The notes: generated by a model not told the origin, from the sequence alone. 64,000 nucleotides of DNA from Alkalispirochaeta sp. (GCA_965601925.1 OZ271854.1:2208001-2272000), one strand, 5' to 3'; counted from the stretch's first letter, positions 48,423 through 59,199 are shown. Program-made: numbers and translations.

Positions 48423-49481
48423 TCAGTTTCCCAACGCGCTCTCGACGCGAATTGCACCGCTTTCGATTCGACCGGCCAACTCGGTTATACGCGTCGCAAT
48501 CTCCGACGGAACGAGCCTGGTGAAGTTTTCGTTTTCCGCAAGGCCTACACCGCCTTCGCTGAGACCCAGTACCTCGGCCTCTCCGTACGGCAGCTCGCCG
48601 GACAGATGAAGACGGATAGCGCGATAAATCGAGTTATCGACATTTTTCATCATCGACGTCACGATCGCGCGCGCTTGCGCCTCGTCGGTCTCCCGTAACA
48701 GCTCGTACTGATCGGAGTCGACGCCGATCGCGTAGCGGCCCCGCTCCTCAGCCGCCTCGATCACGCCCAAGCTGCTTTCGGATGCTACACCGAAGACGAA
48801 GTCGGCGCCCTGTTCGATCTGTGCAAGAGCCAGTTCCTTGCCGCGCGCCGGATCGTTGAAACTACCGACGTAGGTCGCAAGGACGCGAACTTCGGGATCG
48901 ATCTCGCGCGCTCCCTGTTCAAACCCCACGCGGAAGTCGTTGATAACCGGAATATCCTGTCCGCCGATAAAGCCGACTACCTTCTCGTCGTTGACGCCCT
49001 CTATGCCGGTCTCTTGAGTAAGAAGCGCCGCCAAGGCCCCGGCGAGAAAGGACCCTTCGTTTTGGCTGTACAGGATCGAGTACACGTTGTCGAGTCCGCC
49101 GCGGGAGAAATCGACCGCAGTGTCGTAGGTGATGAACATTTTATCCGGATGGTCGGGCGCGATGTCCCCGACATACTCCGCAAGTTGCCACGTTCCGGCG
49201 ATGACGATATCCCAATCGCCCTCGGCAAGCTGTGTAATGTCCGGTTGCCAGTTGGCGGGGTCCCAGCCGCCCTCGACGGTTCGTCCGACAATCCCGAACT
49301 CCTCGATTGCCCGTTCCATGCCGCGATGGGCGGAGTCGAAAAACGACTGGTCGCCGAGGGTGCCGTTGAGATAGAGCACCACACGAAGTTGATCGCCGTC
49401 CCGCTCTTCCGCCTCCCCGCCGGCAAACAGAGAACCGGTCGCCGTCGCTGCAATGACCAATGCAATGATGAAACGCTTCAT
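48423..49481 (-). CDS. BMP-family nucleoside-binding protein
   Basis: 'LGDQSF', 'EGSFLAG', 'GSFNDPARGKE', 'AIGVDSDQ'; AGGAGG RBS. Confidence 0.92.
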   Translation of the reverse strand: MKRFIIALVIAATATGSLFAGGEAEERDGDQLRVVLYLNGTLGDQSFFDSAHRGMERAIEEFGIVGRTVEGGWDPANWQPDITQLAEGDWDIVIAGTWQLAEYVGDIAPDHPDKMFITYDTAVDFSRGGLDNVYSILYSQNEGSFLAGALAALLTQETGIEGVNDEKVVGFIGGQDIPVINDFRVGFEQGAREIDPEVRVLATYVGSFNDPARGKELALAQIEQGADFVFGVASESSLGVIEAAEERGRYAIGVDSDQYELLRETDEAQARAIVTSMMKNVDNSIYRAIRLHLSGELPYGEAEVLGLSEGGVGLAENENFTRLVPSEIATRITELAGRIESGAIRVESALGN

Positions 49482-49561
49482 GTGTCTCCTCCTTTACGAC
49501 TCGTCGTATCGACAAAAGTGTATATTTTTCACAAACACCGTACCGCCACCGCTGCACCAGG

Positions 49562-50563
49562 TCAAGGAGTGGTAGTGGATACTCCCGCCGGCGGATTTAC
49601 CAGATGGCAGGCCACGCGACGCCCGTCGGGGTGCGTTTTCAACCGTGGTGTGAGGCGGCGGCACACCTCCATCGCGTAGGGGCAACGCGTATGAAAGCGA
49701 CATCCCGGCGGCGGATCGGCCGCCGAGGGTAGCTCGCCTCCCAAGACGATGCGCCGCGTCTTCTCACGGGGATGGGCGCGCGGTACCGCCGACAGGAGCG
49801 CCTGCGAGTAGGGGTGCAACGGGCCGGAAAAAAAGGTCTCCGGCGGCGCCTCCTCGACGATCTTGCCGAGATACATGACTCCCACCGTATCGGCTACCAG
49901 ACGCACCACGGCCAGATCGTGGGATATGAAGAGGTACGTGAGCCCGTACTCGGTCTGCAGCTCCGAGAGAAGGTTGAGAATCTGCGCCTGTATACTCACG
50001 TCCAGGGCGCTCACCGGCTCGTCGGCGACGACGAATGAGGGCCGGACGGCAAGGGCGCGGGCGATGACGATGCGTTGCCGCTGCCCGCCGGAAAACTCGT
50101 GGGGAAAGCGACGCGCTTGGCTCTCGGCGATTCCGCATCGCTTGAGGAGTGAGCGCGCTTCGCGACGCGCCTCGCGTCCACGGGCGAGGCCGTGGACGAC
50201 GAGCGGCTCGGCTACGACGTCTTCGACGCGCATGCGCGGGTTGAGCGCGCTGTAGGGGTCTTGAAAGACGATCTGCATTTGCCCGCGCAGGCGCCGGATC
50301 GCCGCGCCCCGGTCTTTCAGCACCTCCACGCCGTCGAAGCGCACCGACCCCGCCGTCGGCTCAACCAAGCGCAGAATCGACCGTCCCGTCGTGGACTTGC
50401 CGCACCCCGACTCCCCCACGAGGGCGTACGTCTCACCGGGGGCTACGCGGAAGCTGACACCGTCGACCGCACGAACGGTGCGTCTCTTGCGACCGATGGA
50501 AAGGCCCGGAGAGGAGAAGTGAGTCGCGAGGTCGCGTACATCAACGAGGGGCTTCTCCGTCAC
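49562..50563 (-). CDS. Oligopeptide-type ABC ATPase (OppF-like)
   Basis: 'GESGCGKST', 'FSGGQRQR', 'GCRFHTRCP'. Confidence 0.92.
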   Translation of the reverse strand: MTEKPLVDVRDLATHFSSPGLSIGRKRRTVRAVDGVSFRVAPGETYALVGESGCGKSTTGRSILRLVEPTAGSVRFDGVEVLKDRGAAIRRLRGQMQIVFQDPYSALNPRMRVEDVVAEPLVVHGLARGREARREARSLLKRCGIAESQARRFPHEFSGGQRQRIVIARALAVRPSFVVADEPVSALDVSIQAQILNLLSELQTEYGLTYLFISHDLAVVRLVADTVGVMYLGKIVEEAPPETFFSGPLHPYSQALLSAVPRAHPREKTRRIVLGGELPSAADPPPGCRFHTRCPYAMEVCRRLTPRLKTHPDGRRVACHLVNPPAGVSTTTP

Positions 50564-51687
50564 GACGATCCTTCCGGCGCGGAGGTTCGGCGTTCCCGTT
50601 GCTCCGACGTGTCGTGGAGCCAGCAGTATACTTCGTGGGCCGCTTCGAGACGGAACCGCCGAGGACGACGCTCACCGCACACCTCCATAGCGTGGGGGCA
50701 ACGGGGATGGAACGGACACCCCGACGGCTTGACGAACGGATTGGGCGCCTCGCCGGGAATGGGACGAAGGGCTGTGCGCCCCTGCCGAAGAGTCGGACGC
50801 GCTTCCAACAGTGAGCGTGAGTAGGGGTGGGCCGGCGCATCGAAGAGCACCTCAACCGTGGTCCGTTCGACCAACTGGCCCGCGTACATGACCGAGACGT
50901 CGTGGGCGACCTCGGCAATCACTCCCAGATCGTGTGATATGAACAACACCGCCACTCCGAGGTTCTCTTGAAGGGTGCGGATCAACTCGATTATTTGCGC
51001 CTGGATCGTCACATCGAGGGCGGTCGTCGGTTCGTCGGCGATTAAGAGTTGCGGATTGCACGCCAGCGCCATGGCGATCATCACGCGCTGCCGCATGCCG
51101 CCGCTCAAACTGGCCGGATATTGGGCGACCAGTTGCCGGGGGCGGGCGATACCGACCATATCGAGGAGCTCCACGGCGCGTTCCACCGCCTGGGCGCGCC
51201 GGAGGCGTTGGTGCAGTCGCACGCCCTCGGCTATCTGATCTCCCACGGTGTACAACGGATCGAGAGATGTCATCGGCTCCTGAAAGATCATGGCGATTTC
51301 GCCGCCGCGAATGCGCCGACGTTCGCGCTCGGCGAGGGTGAGTACGTCTTTACCGTCGAACCAGATCTCGCCGTCGTCGATGCGCGCGCCGTCGGAAAGT
51401 AGTCCGATAATGCTTAAGGCCAATTGCGTCTTGCCGCTGCCGGACTCTCCCACGATCCCCATCGACTTACCCCGTTCAAGGTCGAAGGAGACGTCGTCGA
51501 CGGCCGGGACTACGCCGCGCGGAGTATCGAACACGGTACGGAGATTTCTCACGCTGAGGAGCGTTCCCGATCGACGGTCGGGGTGCGATGGCGTCGCCGC
51601 CTCGGACCGGCCGCTGTGAGATCGAGGCGCATTGCGGTCCGTTCCTCCCTCTTTGCCGCCTCGCGCGCCGTATCGTACTCCTCGCAT
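50560..51687 (-). CDS. Oligopeptide-type ABC ATPase (OppD-like)
   Basis: 'GESGSGKT', 'LSGGMRQR', 'GCPFHPRCP'; start uncertain. Confidence 0.9.
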   Translation of the reverse strand: MRGVRYGARGGKEGGTDRNAPRSHSGRSEAATPSHPDRRSGTLLSVRNLRTVFDTPRGVVPAVDDVSFDLERGKSMGIVGESGSGKTQLALSIIGLLSDGARIDDGEIWFDGKDVLTLAERERRRIRGGEIAMIFQEPMTSLDPLYTVGDQIAEGVRLHQRLRRAQAVERAVELLDMVGIARPRQLVAQYPASLSGGMRQRVMIAMALACNPQLLIADEPTTALDVTIQAQIIELIRTLQENLGVAVLFISHDLGVIAEVAHDVSVMYAGQLVERTTVEVLFDAPAHPYSRSLLEARPTLRQGRTALRPIPGEAPNPFVKPSGCPFHPRCPHAMEVCGERRPRRFRLEAAHEVYCWLHDTSEQRERRTSAPEGSS

Positions 51688-51693
51688 CGCGCG

Positions 51694-52605
51694 TCAGATC
51701 CTCACCTTGGGATCGAAGAAGTCGCGCAAAAAGTCGCCTACGAGGTTGATCGACAGAACGATCACCATAAGGAGCACGCCGGGGAAGACGACGATCCACC
51801 ACGCCGCAAAGAAGGTCTCCTGCGCCTCGCTCAGGATGCCGCCCAACGTCGGTGTCGGGAGCGGAATTCCTAAACCGAGAAAGCTGAGCGCCGCCTCGGC
51901 GATGATCATCTGTCCCGCCGACAAGGTGATGCTCACCAGAACGATTCCGACGATCTGCGGCGCAATGTGGAGCGCCAGTATGCGCGCGTGCGAGCATCCC
52001 ACCGCTCGCGCCGCCTCGACGTAGTTGGACTCGCGCGTCCTCAGCACCTCGGCGCGCACCAACTTGGCAAAGGTGACCCATCCGGTCAGCCCGAGAACGA
52101 GCGCAACATTGACGAGTCCCGGACCGATCGCCGCGACCACCGCGATGGCGAGAACGACGAAGGGAAGGGAGAGCAGCGCGTCGACGATACGCATGATGAC
52201 CGCGTCGGTGACTCCGCCGAAGTAGCCGGCAAGGAGTCCCAACACGACCCCAATGGAGGAAGCGACCGCAACCGCGATCATCGCTACGGTGAGTGAGACG
52301 CGGGTCGCCATCAGCAATCGCGCTCCCAGATCGCGACCCAGAGAGTCGGTGCCGAGGTACGACGGATACGCCGCCTCGACGCCGAAGGTCACCGCCGGTA
52401 CCCGGGACGGGGGCTTGAGGGCGTTCATCAACTGCTGCTCCAGCGGATCGATGGGATACAGCGGCGCCGCCGACGCCGAGATCACGACGACGAGTACCAA
52501 CACGTGCGCCGCCATCGCCGCCGGGCGACGACGGACCGCGACCAGATAATCGCGAATACCGAGGCGAGTCTCACTCGGCGTGGTCGGTATCGCACCTACG
52601 CCCAC
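51694..52605 (-). CDS. Oligopeptide-type ABC permease (OppC-like)
   Basis: 'LGTDSLGRD', 'YVEAARAVG', 'EAALSFLGLG'; start inferred at GTG 52605. Confidence 0.88.
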   Translation of the reverse strand: MGVGAIPTTPSETRLGIRDYLVAVRRRPAAMAAHVLVLVVVISASAAPLYPIDPLEQQLMNALKPPSRVPAVTFGVEAAYPSYLGTDSLGRDLGARLLMATRVSLTVAMIAVAVASSIGVVLGLLAGYFGGVTDAVIMRIVDALLSLPFVVLAIAVVAAIGPGLVNVALVLGLTGWVTFAKLVRAEVLRTRESNYVEAARAVGCSHARILALHIAPQIVGIVLVSITLSAGQMIIAEAALSFLGLGIPLPTPTLGGILSEAQETFFAAWWIVVFPGVLLMVIVLSINLVGDFLRDFFDPKVRI

Positions 52606-53516
52606 ACGCGCACCCTCGAGTCGATGAGGCCGTAAACGAGATCGAGTACGACGTTGAAGAGAATGATGAAGAGGGCGACGAAGAAGGTCGCCGTGATGAC
52701 GACCGGATAGTCTCTGCCGAACGCGGCTTGCGCCAATAACTGGCCGATACCGGGCCACCCGAATATCGATTCCACCACCACCGATCCGCCGATCACAAAA
52801 CGCATCTGAAGCGACAGTTGCGTCACGACCGGTATCGCCGCGCTGCGCAACACGTGCTTGAAGATCACATTCCCCTCTCCCAGCCCCTTGGAACGGACGA
52901 CCGTCACAAAGGGCTGTGACAGCACCTCTATGGTACTCGTCCGCGTCACTCGCGTAACGCCGGCCACAAGGAAGAGTGCAATCGATAGGGTGGGCAACAC
53001 CAGATGGGCCGCCGTCCCGTACCCCGACGGGGGAAGAACGGGCACCATCACCGCAAAGACGAAGATCAAGATGAGGGCGATCCAAAACACGGGGGTCGAC
53101 TGGCCAACCATGCTGACGAGGATCGCCGCGGTGTCGAGTGCCTTCCCGCGCTTGATCGCCGCCGCCACGCCCAGGGGTATACCGATGAGTGCCGCCGTCG
53201 CCAAAGCGCTAAAAGAGAGCAGGAGCGTCGCCGGGAGGCGCTCGAGTACGACATCCAGCGCCGGTCGGCGTCGTTGTATCGACTCGCCGAAGTCGAGGCG
53301 TGCAATCCGACCCATGAAGCTGAGGTAACGCAGCGCCACGGGACGATCGAGCCCGAAGGAGCGGCGCATCGCCTCTGCTTGTTCTTCCGAGGCGGTGGGA
53401 GGGAGCATCATCCTAATCGGGTCGCCCGACAGATTCAGCACGATGAATACGACCGAAACGACGACGACGATCGCGATCGCCCCTTGTCCCACGCGGGTGA
53501 GCACGAAGCTAACCAT
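52596..53516 (-). CDS. Oligopeptide-type ABC permease (OppB-like)
   Basis: 'GLDRP', 'RSKGL', 'VESIFGWPGIG', 'RDYPV'. Confidence 0.9.
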   Translation of the reverse strand: MVSFVLTRVGQGAIAIVVVVSVVFIVLNLSGDPIRMMLPPTASEEQAEAMRRSFGLDRPVALRYLSFMGRIARLDFGESIQRRRPALDVVLERLPATLLLSFSALATAALIGIPLGVAAAIKRGKALDTAAILVSMVGQSTPVFWIALILIFVFAVMVPVLPPSGYGTAAHLVLPTLSIALFLVAGVTRVTRTSTIEVLSQPFVTVVRSKGLGEGNVIFKHVLRSAAIPVVTQLSLQMRFVIGGSVVVESIFGWPGIGQLLAQAAFGRDYPVVITATFFVALFIILFNVVLDLVYGLIDSRVRVWA

Positions 53517-55320
53517 CCGTCGATGCCGCCACACACGGGACGATGCGTTCCGCCTCGGTATCAAACAGGCCTCGATCGGAGATGCGATAGTAGGGGGCGA
53601 CCTCCATTCCCAGCCAAAAGAGGAAAAAGATGGGTTGTCGCCACGCCACGCCGTTACCGCGGAGGTACGCTTCGATTTCGCGGATGCGCCCGACGGTCTC
53701 GTCCACCGGTAAGCTCGACATCAATCCGGCCACCGGGAGCGCCAACTCCACGACGACCTCTCCGTCGCGAACCACGACTATACCGCCCTGGAGCGACATG
53801 ACGCGGTTGGCGGCGACGCACAGATCGTCTTTGGTTCTGCCGAGAGCGACGATACCGTGGTGGTCGTGGGCGAGGCTGACCGCCACCGCACCTTCTCGGA
53901 GCCCGTAGTTTCGCAGAAAAGCGCGTCCCACCAGCTCGTCGTAGCGCCGGTTGGCGCACACGACAAAGAAAAGATTTTCCTCCGAACCGTGAAAGGTGAT
54001 CTCCCCCTCTCGTACCGGCACCTCGACGTCGACGAGGGAGGTAAAACGCGTCGTCTCGTCCAGCTCCATCGCCCGGATCGTTACGCTGCGTTCCGCGAAG
54101 CCCTCCGGGAGATAGGTAAGATCGGCCGTGGTAATCGGCGACCGAGTACACGTTGTGAGAATCGCATCCGAATATGACGTTACGGCCGTCGATTCGACCG
54201 ATCCGGCGGAGAATTGCGCCCCGGACGAATAGACCGCCTCGAGGGAGAGAGATTCCAGGGAGTCGAAGACTAAGATATCGGCGAACGCCCCGGGGCGCAG
54301 CGCACCGACGAGCTCGCCCAGACGGTAGTGGTCGGCGACGTTGTAGCTCACCATACGCAATGCGTCGACCGTCGCAACGCCGCGATCGACCGCGGTGCGT
54401 ACTTTGTGGAGCATATAGGTGTCGACGGTCATGTCGCTCACCATGATATCGTCGGTTACCAGACCGATTCTATCGGGCGGCAAGTGTTCTCGTGCGACTA
54501 CCTCGACGAGGGTCTCTACCTCGCGGGCGAGCGTTCCGTTGCGCAGCATGACGAACAACCCTTTGCGAACCTTTTCGGCGACTTCGTCTTGCCGGCGCGG
54601 TTCGTGGTCCGAGCTCACCCCCACGGCGAGGCACGCGTCCAACTCGTCGCCGCGAATAAAAAAGAGATGACCCTCGGGGGTGCGTCTATCGACCGTCGCG
54701 TGGGTGAAGAGGGCGAAGTCGCTCGCCCGTCCGTCTCGTAGCGACTCGACGATCTTGCGGCCGTTGACCTCCGAAAGTCCGACGGTCCGCGCCTCGCCCA
54801 AGAGCTCGAGGGCTTCCACGGGTTCCAACGTGCTGAGGGTCCGTTGTATTTCCGGAAGAAAGGGGAGCCGAATCGGCGTCATGTAGAACGCCTTGACGGG
54901 CGTGGACTCCAGGGCGGCGAGCATCTCTCGGATTCCCGATACTCCCGCAATGGCCCCCACCTCGTGAAAATCGGTCACGACGCTGGTGGCCCCGCAGCGC
55001 AGGGCCGCCTCGGCGAAATGGGGCGGATCAACGAGTGAGCTTTCGGCGTGAATGTGGCCCTCGACAAAGCCCGGCGTGAGGACCTTGCCCGTCACGTCGA
55101 CGACGGTGGAATCGTGGGGACACGGTGCGGACGTGATTTTCGCGATGTAGCGGCCGCTGATCCAGATATCGCCGCGTACGACCTCTCTCGTAAAGACGTT
55201 GAGGTAACTGCCGCCGCCGAGAATCGTATCCGGCGGATCGATGCCGAGCGCTACGCGGCCGAGGTTGCGGCGCTCGGCGTTACTCGGGAAGAGAGAAAGA
55301 CCGCCCGCGGTGCGCAACAC
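53509..55320 (-). CDS. ade: Adenine deaminase (binuclear Ade type)
   Basis: 'GHIHAESS', 'DFHE', 'EGH', 'SDHE', 'VTDD', 'AHDHH', 'LPVAGLMS'; start inferred at GTG 55320. Confidence 0.8.
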   Translation of the reverse strand: MLRTAGGLSLFPSNAERRNLGRVALGIDPPDTILGGGSYLNVFTREVVRGDIWISGRYIAKITSAPCPHDSTVVDVTGKVLTPGFVEGHIHAESSLVDPPHFAEAALRCGATSVVTDFHEVGAIAGVSGIREMLAALESTPVKAFYMTPIRLPFLPEIQRTLSTLEPVEALELLGEARTVGLSEVNGRKIVESLRDGRASDFALFTHATVDRRTPEGHLFFIRGDELDACLAVGVSSDHEPRRQDEVAEKVRKGLFVMLRNGTLAREVETLVEVVAREHLPPDRIGLVTDDIMVSDMTVDTYMLHKVRTAVDRGVATVDALRMVSYNVADHYRLGELVGALRPGAFADILVFDSLESLSLEAVYSSGAQFSAGSVESTAVTSYSDAILTTCTRSPITTADLTYLPEGFAERSVTIRAMELDETTRFTSLVDVEVPVREGEITFHGSEENLFFVVCANRRYDELVGRAFLRNYGLREGAVAVSLAHDHHGIVALGRTKDDLCVAANRVMSLQGGIVVVRDGEVVVELALPVAGLMSSLPVDETVGRIREIEAYLRGNGVAWRQPIFFLFWLGMEVAPYYRISDRGLFDTEAERIVPCVAASTDG

Positions 55321-55331
55321 GACGGGCCGCC

Positions 55332-56867
55332 TTACCGGAGCTCGGCGTCGTACATGAGTAGAAACTCGTCCGATCGCGGCTCCCAATCGAGGCGTCGACT
55401 CATACCGAAGAGCACCGGCTGCTTGTAGAGAAAGATCGCCGGCGCCGCCTCATGAATCAGCGGTACCGCCTCGTGGTAGAGCTCCAGACGCACGCCTTGA
55501 TCGGTCGTGGAGCGCGCCTCTTCCAGGAGGCGATCGATCTCGGGATCTTCGATCGTACGCAACAGGCTGCCGCTGCGAGTCACGAAGTCGAAGATAAACG
55601 ACGGATCGAACACCGGATTTCCCCACCCGACCAAGTACATCGGAGAGGTTTGCTTGGAGAAGAGCGCCGAGTTGAACGCACCGAACTCGAGGGTGTTTAC
55701 CTCGACGGTGACGCCCACCGCGCCGAGATACCCCTGAATCGCCTGCACCACGTTAGCGTCATTGATATAGCGCCCGTTGGCGGTATCGATGCGGATTGTG
55801 AACCCGTCGGCGTATCCGGCCTGGCGTAGGAGCGTGCGTGCGCGGTCCGGATCGTAGGGATACGGTTGTACGCTCTCGGTATAGCCGAAATCCTGCGCGG
55901 TAAGCAGTGTCGTCGTCGCCTCCGCCGAACCGAACAATAGACTCCCTATGATCGCATCCTTGTCGACCGCATAGTTTAGAGCCTGACGTACGCGCACGTC
56001 CGTGAGGGGCGACTCTTGCACCGTGTCCAGGCCGACGAAGATGACCCGCGTTCCCACCGCCGACTCGAATCGCGTGTTGCGGTTGGCGTTGACTTGATTA
56101 CGCGCCGTGATCGGCGGATCCACGATGAGATCGGCGTCGCCGCTCAAAAGGGTCGCCACCCTGCTCGTCGCGGAGTTGACGAAGCGAAACTCGACCGCCT
56201 CGACCTCGGCCGGTGCGCGCCAGTAGGTTTCATTGCGTTCGAGGACGATGCGGTTGCCGCGGTCCCAGCGCACGAAGCGGTACGGGCCTGTGCCGACCGG
56301 CCGGTCGGTGAAAGAGCGCGCGCCAACCTCTTCGCGATACCCCGGCGGTACGATCTGCAGCTCGGTGAAGTAGTGCTCTGCGAGGGCGAACTCCTCGTTC
56401 GCCACGATTCGCACCGTGAGATCATCGATCACCTGGACCTCTTCTACCCAGTCGAGGTCCGCCGCGCGCGTCGAGTTGGTCTCTGGGTCCAAGATCGCTT
56501 GAATCGTATAGCGCACCGCCTCTGCGGTGAGCGGCTCTCCGTTGTGAAAGCGGACTCCCCGCCGGAGATGAAAGATCCACGCCGCCTCGCCATCGCGCTC
56601 GAACCGCTCGGCGAGGGCGGGAGCATTGCGTCCGTCGCGGGTCTTTTGGAGGAGAGAGTCGAAGAGGTTGATCGTCACGTTGTACGTCGGGCCCTCGCGG
56701 TGGACGACCGGGTCGAGTCCCGGGGGTTCTGCGGCTTGCACTATGACAAGGGGATCTTCCGCGCTTCCCGCGTTCTGCGCCGCCACGTTCGCGTTGGTGA
56801 AGATAAGAATAACAGAAACGGTAAGAAGCAGGACGAGTCGGCGCGCGGTGGGCGATGCTGTATGCAT
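55332..56867 (-). CDS. Family-5 (peptide/nickel-type) ABC solute-binding protein
   Basis: 'LRRGVRFHNGEPLTAEAV', 'PVGTGPY', 'VRQALNYAVD', 'YDPDRAR.LL'; signal peptide. Confidence 0.92.
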   Translation of the reverse strand: MHTASPTARRLVLLLTVSVILIFTNANVAAQNAGSAEDPLVIVQAAEPPGLDPVVHREGPTYNVTINLFDSLLQKTRDGRNAPALAERFERDGEAAWIFHLRRGVRFHNGEPLTAEAVRYTIQAILDPETNSTRAADLDWVEEVQVIDDLTVRIVANEEFALAEHYFTELQIVPPGYREEVGARSFTDRPVGTGPYRFVRWDRGNRIVLERNETYWRAPAEVEAVEFRFVNSATSRVATLLSGDADLIVDPPITARNQVNANRNTRFESAVGTRVIFVGLDTVQESPLTDVRVRQALNYAVDKDAIIGSLLFGSAEATTTLLTAQDFGYTESVQPYPYDPDRARTLLRQAGYADGFTIRIDTANGRYINDANVVQAIQGYLGAVGVTVEVNTLEFGAFNSALFSKQTSPMYLVGWGNPVFDPSFIFDFVTRSGSLLRTIEDPEIDRLLEEARSTTDQGVRLELYHEAVPLIHEAAPAIFLYKQPVLFGMSRRLDWEPRSDEFLLMYDAELR

Positions 56868-56910
56868 TGTCTTCCCCTTTTTTGTATAAATATTCACTAT
56901 AACGCTTGGC

Positions 56911-56940
56911 AACATACTGATAGACTCAACACTCTGTCAA
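56911..56940 (-). promoter_or_regulatory. Sigma-70-like promoter of the Opp/ade operon with overlapping inverted repeat
   Basis: Minus strand TTGACA-N18-TATGTT; inverted repeat TGATAGA-N8-TCTGTCA (56918-56939). Confidence 0.5.
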
Positions 56941-56959
56941 TGCAAAGGAGTATCATACC

Positions 56960-57676
56960 ATGGGTGTTCACATTTCAGCGGAGCGCGGCGCGATCGCGTC
57001 GCGTGTTTTGCTCCCCGGAGATCCGTTGCGCGCCAAGCATATCGCTGAGACCTTCTTCTCCGACGCGGTCTGTTATAATACCGTGCGTGGGATGCTCGGT
57101 TTTACCGGCACGTACAGAGGGGAGCGCGTCTCCGTGCAAAGTACCGGTATGGGTATCCCTTCCATCTCCATTTACGCTCACGAGCTCATGGCGGAGTACG
57201 GCGTTCGGACCCTTGTTCGTGTGGGGACGTGCGGAGCCCTGAGGAAAGACATGAATTTGCGCGACGTGGTCATCGCGATGAGCGCGTGCACCGACTCGGC
57301 GACGAACAGATTGCGATTCGGAGGGTGTGACTACGCCGCAACCGCCGACGCGGCGCTCTTCGTCTCCGCCGTCGAGGCGGCGCGACGGCGCGGAATCGCA
57401 GTACACTGCGGCCCGGTGCTCACTTCCGATACCTTCTATTCACAGGATACCGACGGTCGTCGCCTCTGGCGCGAGTACGGAGTTCTCGCCGTCGAGATGG
57501 AGACCAACGCGCTGTATACCCTCGCCGCGGGCTTCGGGTGTCGCGCACTCTCGATACTCACCGTGAGCGACAGCGTCGTCACCAAAGAGCAAACCACCAG
57601 CGCAGAGCGCGAGACAAGCTTTGACGCTATGGTAGAGCTCGCCCTGGAGACGATGCCGGCGGAGGACGGCGAATAG
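56960..57676 (+). CDS. deoD: Purine nucleoside phosphorylase DeoD-type
   Basis: 'LPGDPLRAK', 'GMGIPS', 'RVGTCG', 'VEME', 'TVSD'; AAGGAG RBS. Confidence 0.95.
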   Translation: MGVHISAERGAIASRVLLPGDPLRAKHIAETFFSDAVCYNTVRGMLGFTGTYRGERVSVQSTGMGIPSISIYAHELMAEYGVRTLVRVGTCGALRKDMNLRDVVIAMSACTDSATNRLRFGGCDYAATADAALFVSAVEAARRRGIAVHCGPVLTSDTFYSQDTDGRRLWREYGVLAVEMETNALYTLAAGFGCRALSILTVSDSVVTKEQTTSAERETSFDAMVELALETMPAEDGE

Positions 57677-57841
57677 TCGGTCTCACGGTTCCGCCGTCGT
57701 CTCCATAAACTCGCCGCCGGAGAGGTTAACCGGTTCCGAAACGCGTGTTCTCGGTCCATCCTTCCGTTTCACTGCGAGCATTGCCGGTTAGGAGCTGGGT
57801 GCCGTGTGCAGAGAGAACTCTATGACCGCTTTGCGAAATCG

Positions 57842-58654
57842 TCACCGCGATCCGCGTAACGTCGCCATTACCGCTTCCCAGTCGAGGTCCAACGGCTCCG
57901 TGACGATCGGATGGTCGCGGGCGAAGTCTTTGGCACTTTGGATACGCTCGTCTATGGCCGGATGCGTATCGAGGTAGGACAACACTCCTTCGAGCTCCGG
58001 TCCGCTCCGCTCTTTAAGGGCGAGCAACGCGTCGGCCAAGGCGTGCGGGTCGACGCGAGCGGCGAGGAGCGCCTCTAAGGCGAATGCGTCGGCGCGCTCC
58101 TCCAGGGCGCGAGAGAACGAACGCGTAACGACGTCTCCCACGACGCGCTCCAAGACGCCGCCGGCTTCCGGCCCTCCTACCAGCGCCAAGAGGGCGCGAA
58201 TGCCGATCTCGCGGATGAGATGGTTCATGGCGTCGTCCTCCACCACGTGGCCCAACTCGTGGGCCAAAACGGCCATGACCTGTTCCGGCGTCTCCAGCAC
58301 GCGAAAGAGCTCGTCGTAGAGTACGATCAGATCGCCGGGGAAGGCAAAGGCGTTCGCCGTAAATGACTCGACGACCAAGACCGTCGTCTCGTTCGGCACG
58401 GGAATACCCGCCGAAGAGAAGCGTTGGAGCATCGTCTCGATTGCCGCTTCCGCTCCCACCAAAGTCTGATCCTCGAACGCGGTGAGCACGTGCTCTCGTA
58501 TCGCCTCCTCGGCGCGGCGACGCAGTTCTGACTCCTCGCGCTGTTCGCGGCGCTCTTCGACTACGCGTACCATACCCCACGCCGCGGCGAAGATCGCCGC
58601 GCCCACCAGAAGCAGGACCGAGAGGTCGCGAATCCACGGGAATGCGCGCGTCAC
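57842..58654 (-). CDS. M48-family metallopeptidase
   Basis: 'NAFAFPG', 'AHELGH', 'E.RAD', 'THP...ERI'; N-terminal TM helix. Confidence 0.88.
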   Translation of the reverse strand: MTRAFPWIRDLSVLLLVGAAIFAAAWGMVRVVEERREQREESELRRRAEEAIREHVLTAFEDQTLVGAEAAIETMLQRFSSAGIPVPNETTVLVVESFTANAFAFPGDLIVLYDELFRVLETPEQVMAVLAHELGHVVEDDAMNHLIREIGIRALLALVGGPEAGGVLERVVGDVVTRSFSRALEERADAFALEALLAARVDPHALADALLALKERSGPELEGVLSYLDTHPAIDERIQSAKDFARDHPIVTEPLDLDWEAVMATLRGSR

Positions 58655-59142
58655 AGTCCCTCCGGCGGCGCGTTCGTACCTGCGGGTTTCGGCGTCGTTC
58701 GACGTATGTAGTGCTTCACGAAGGCGACGCGACCGAAGACCGGCATGTAGTAAAAGAGTCCCTTACGCGCCCTGACCATAGCGACAATGGAAAAGGAGAT
58801 GTACACGATGTTTGCGAGGCCCATCGCCGCCAAGAGCACAAAGAATGGAGTCGGAAATACGAGGTCGGTCACTACGATGCGAACGAGCCATATCACGACC
58901 GCCAAGTTGAATAGCGTGACCGGTATCTGCGAAAGGAGCGACTGGAGGGCGTGAAAGCCGACGAAGTCCGACGTCTTGCGATTGAGAAAGTAGTAGATGA
59001 GCGCCGCCACCAAGTTGAGTACCGGCAGCGGCAACCCGACGCCGAGAGCCGCGAACATCATCAGGTAGGCGCCCATTGCGTCGTCTTTCTCCTTGCGAGT
59101 CAACTCGTCCGGTTGCGGTAACACGATCTGAGATGTGTTCAT
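58651..59142 (-). CDS. DUF4870-like membrane protein
   Basis: Three TM helices; 'FVGFHALQSL', 'ARKG.FYYMP'. Confidence 0.75.
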   Translation of the reverse strand: MNTSQIVLPQPDELTRKEKDDAMGAYLMMFAALGVGLPLPVLNLVAALIYYFLNRKTSDFVGFHALQSLLSQIPVTLFNLAVVIWLVRIVVTDLVFPTPFFVLLAAMGLANIVYISFSIVAMVRARKGLFYYMPVFGRVAFVKHYIRRTTPKPAGTNAPPEGL

Positions 59143-59156
59143 GGATTCAGTATAGC

Positions 59157-59182
59157 AAAAGGGGCGCCCGGAAGGACGCCCC
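59157..59182 (-). terminator. Intrinsic terminator after the DUF4389-like gene
   Basis: Minus strand GGGGCGTCC-TTCC-GGGCGCCCC-TTTT. Confidence 0.65.
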
Positions 59183-59199
59183 GTATCGCCTCGGAGCGA

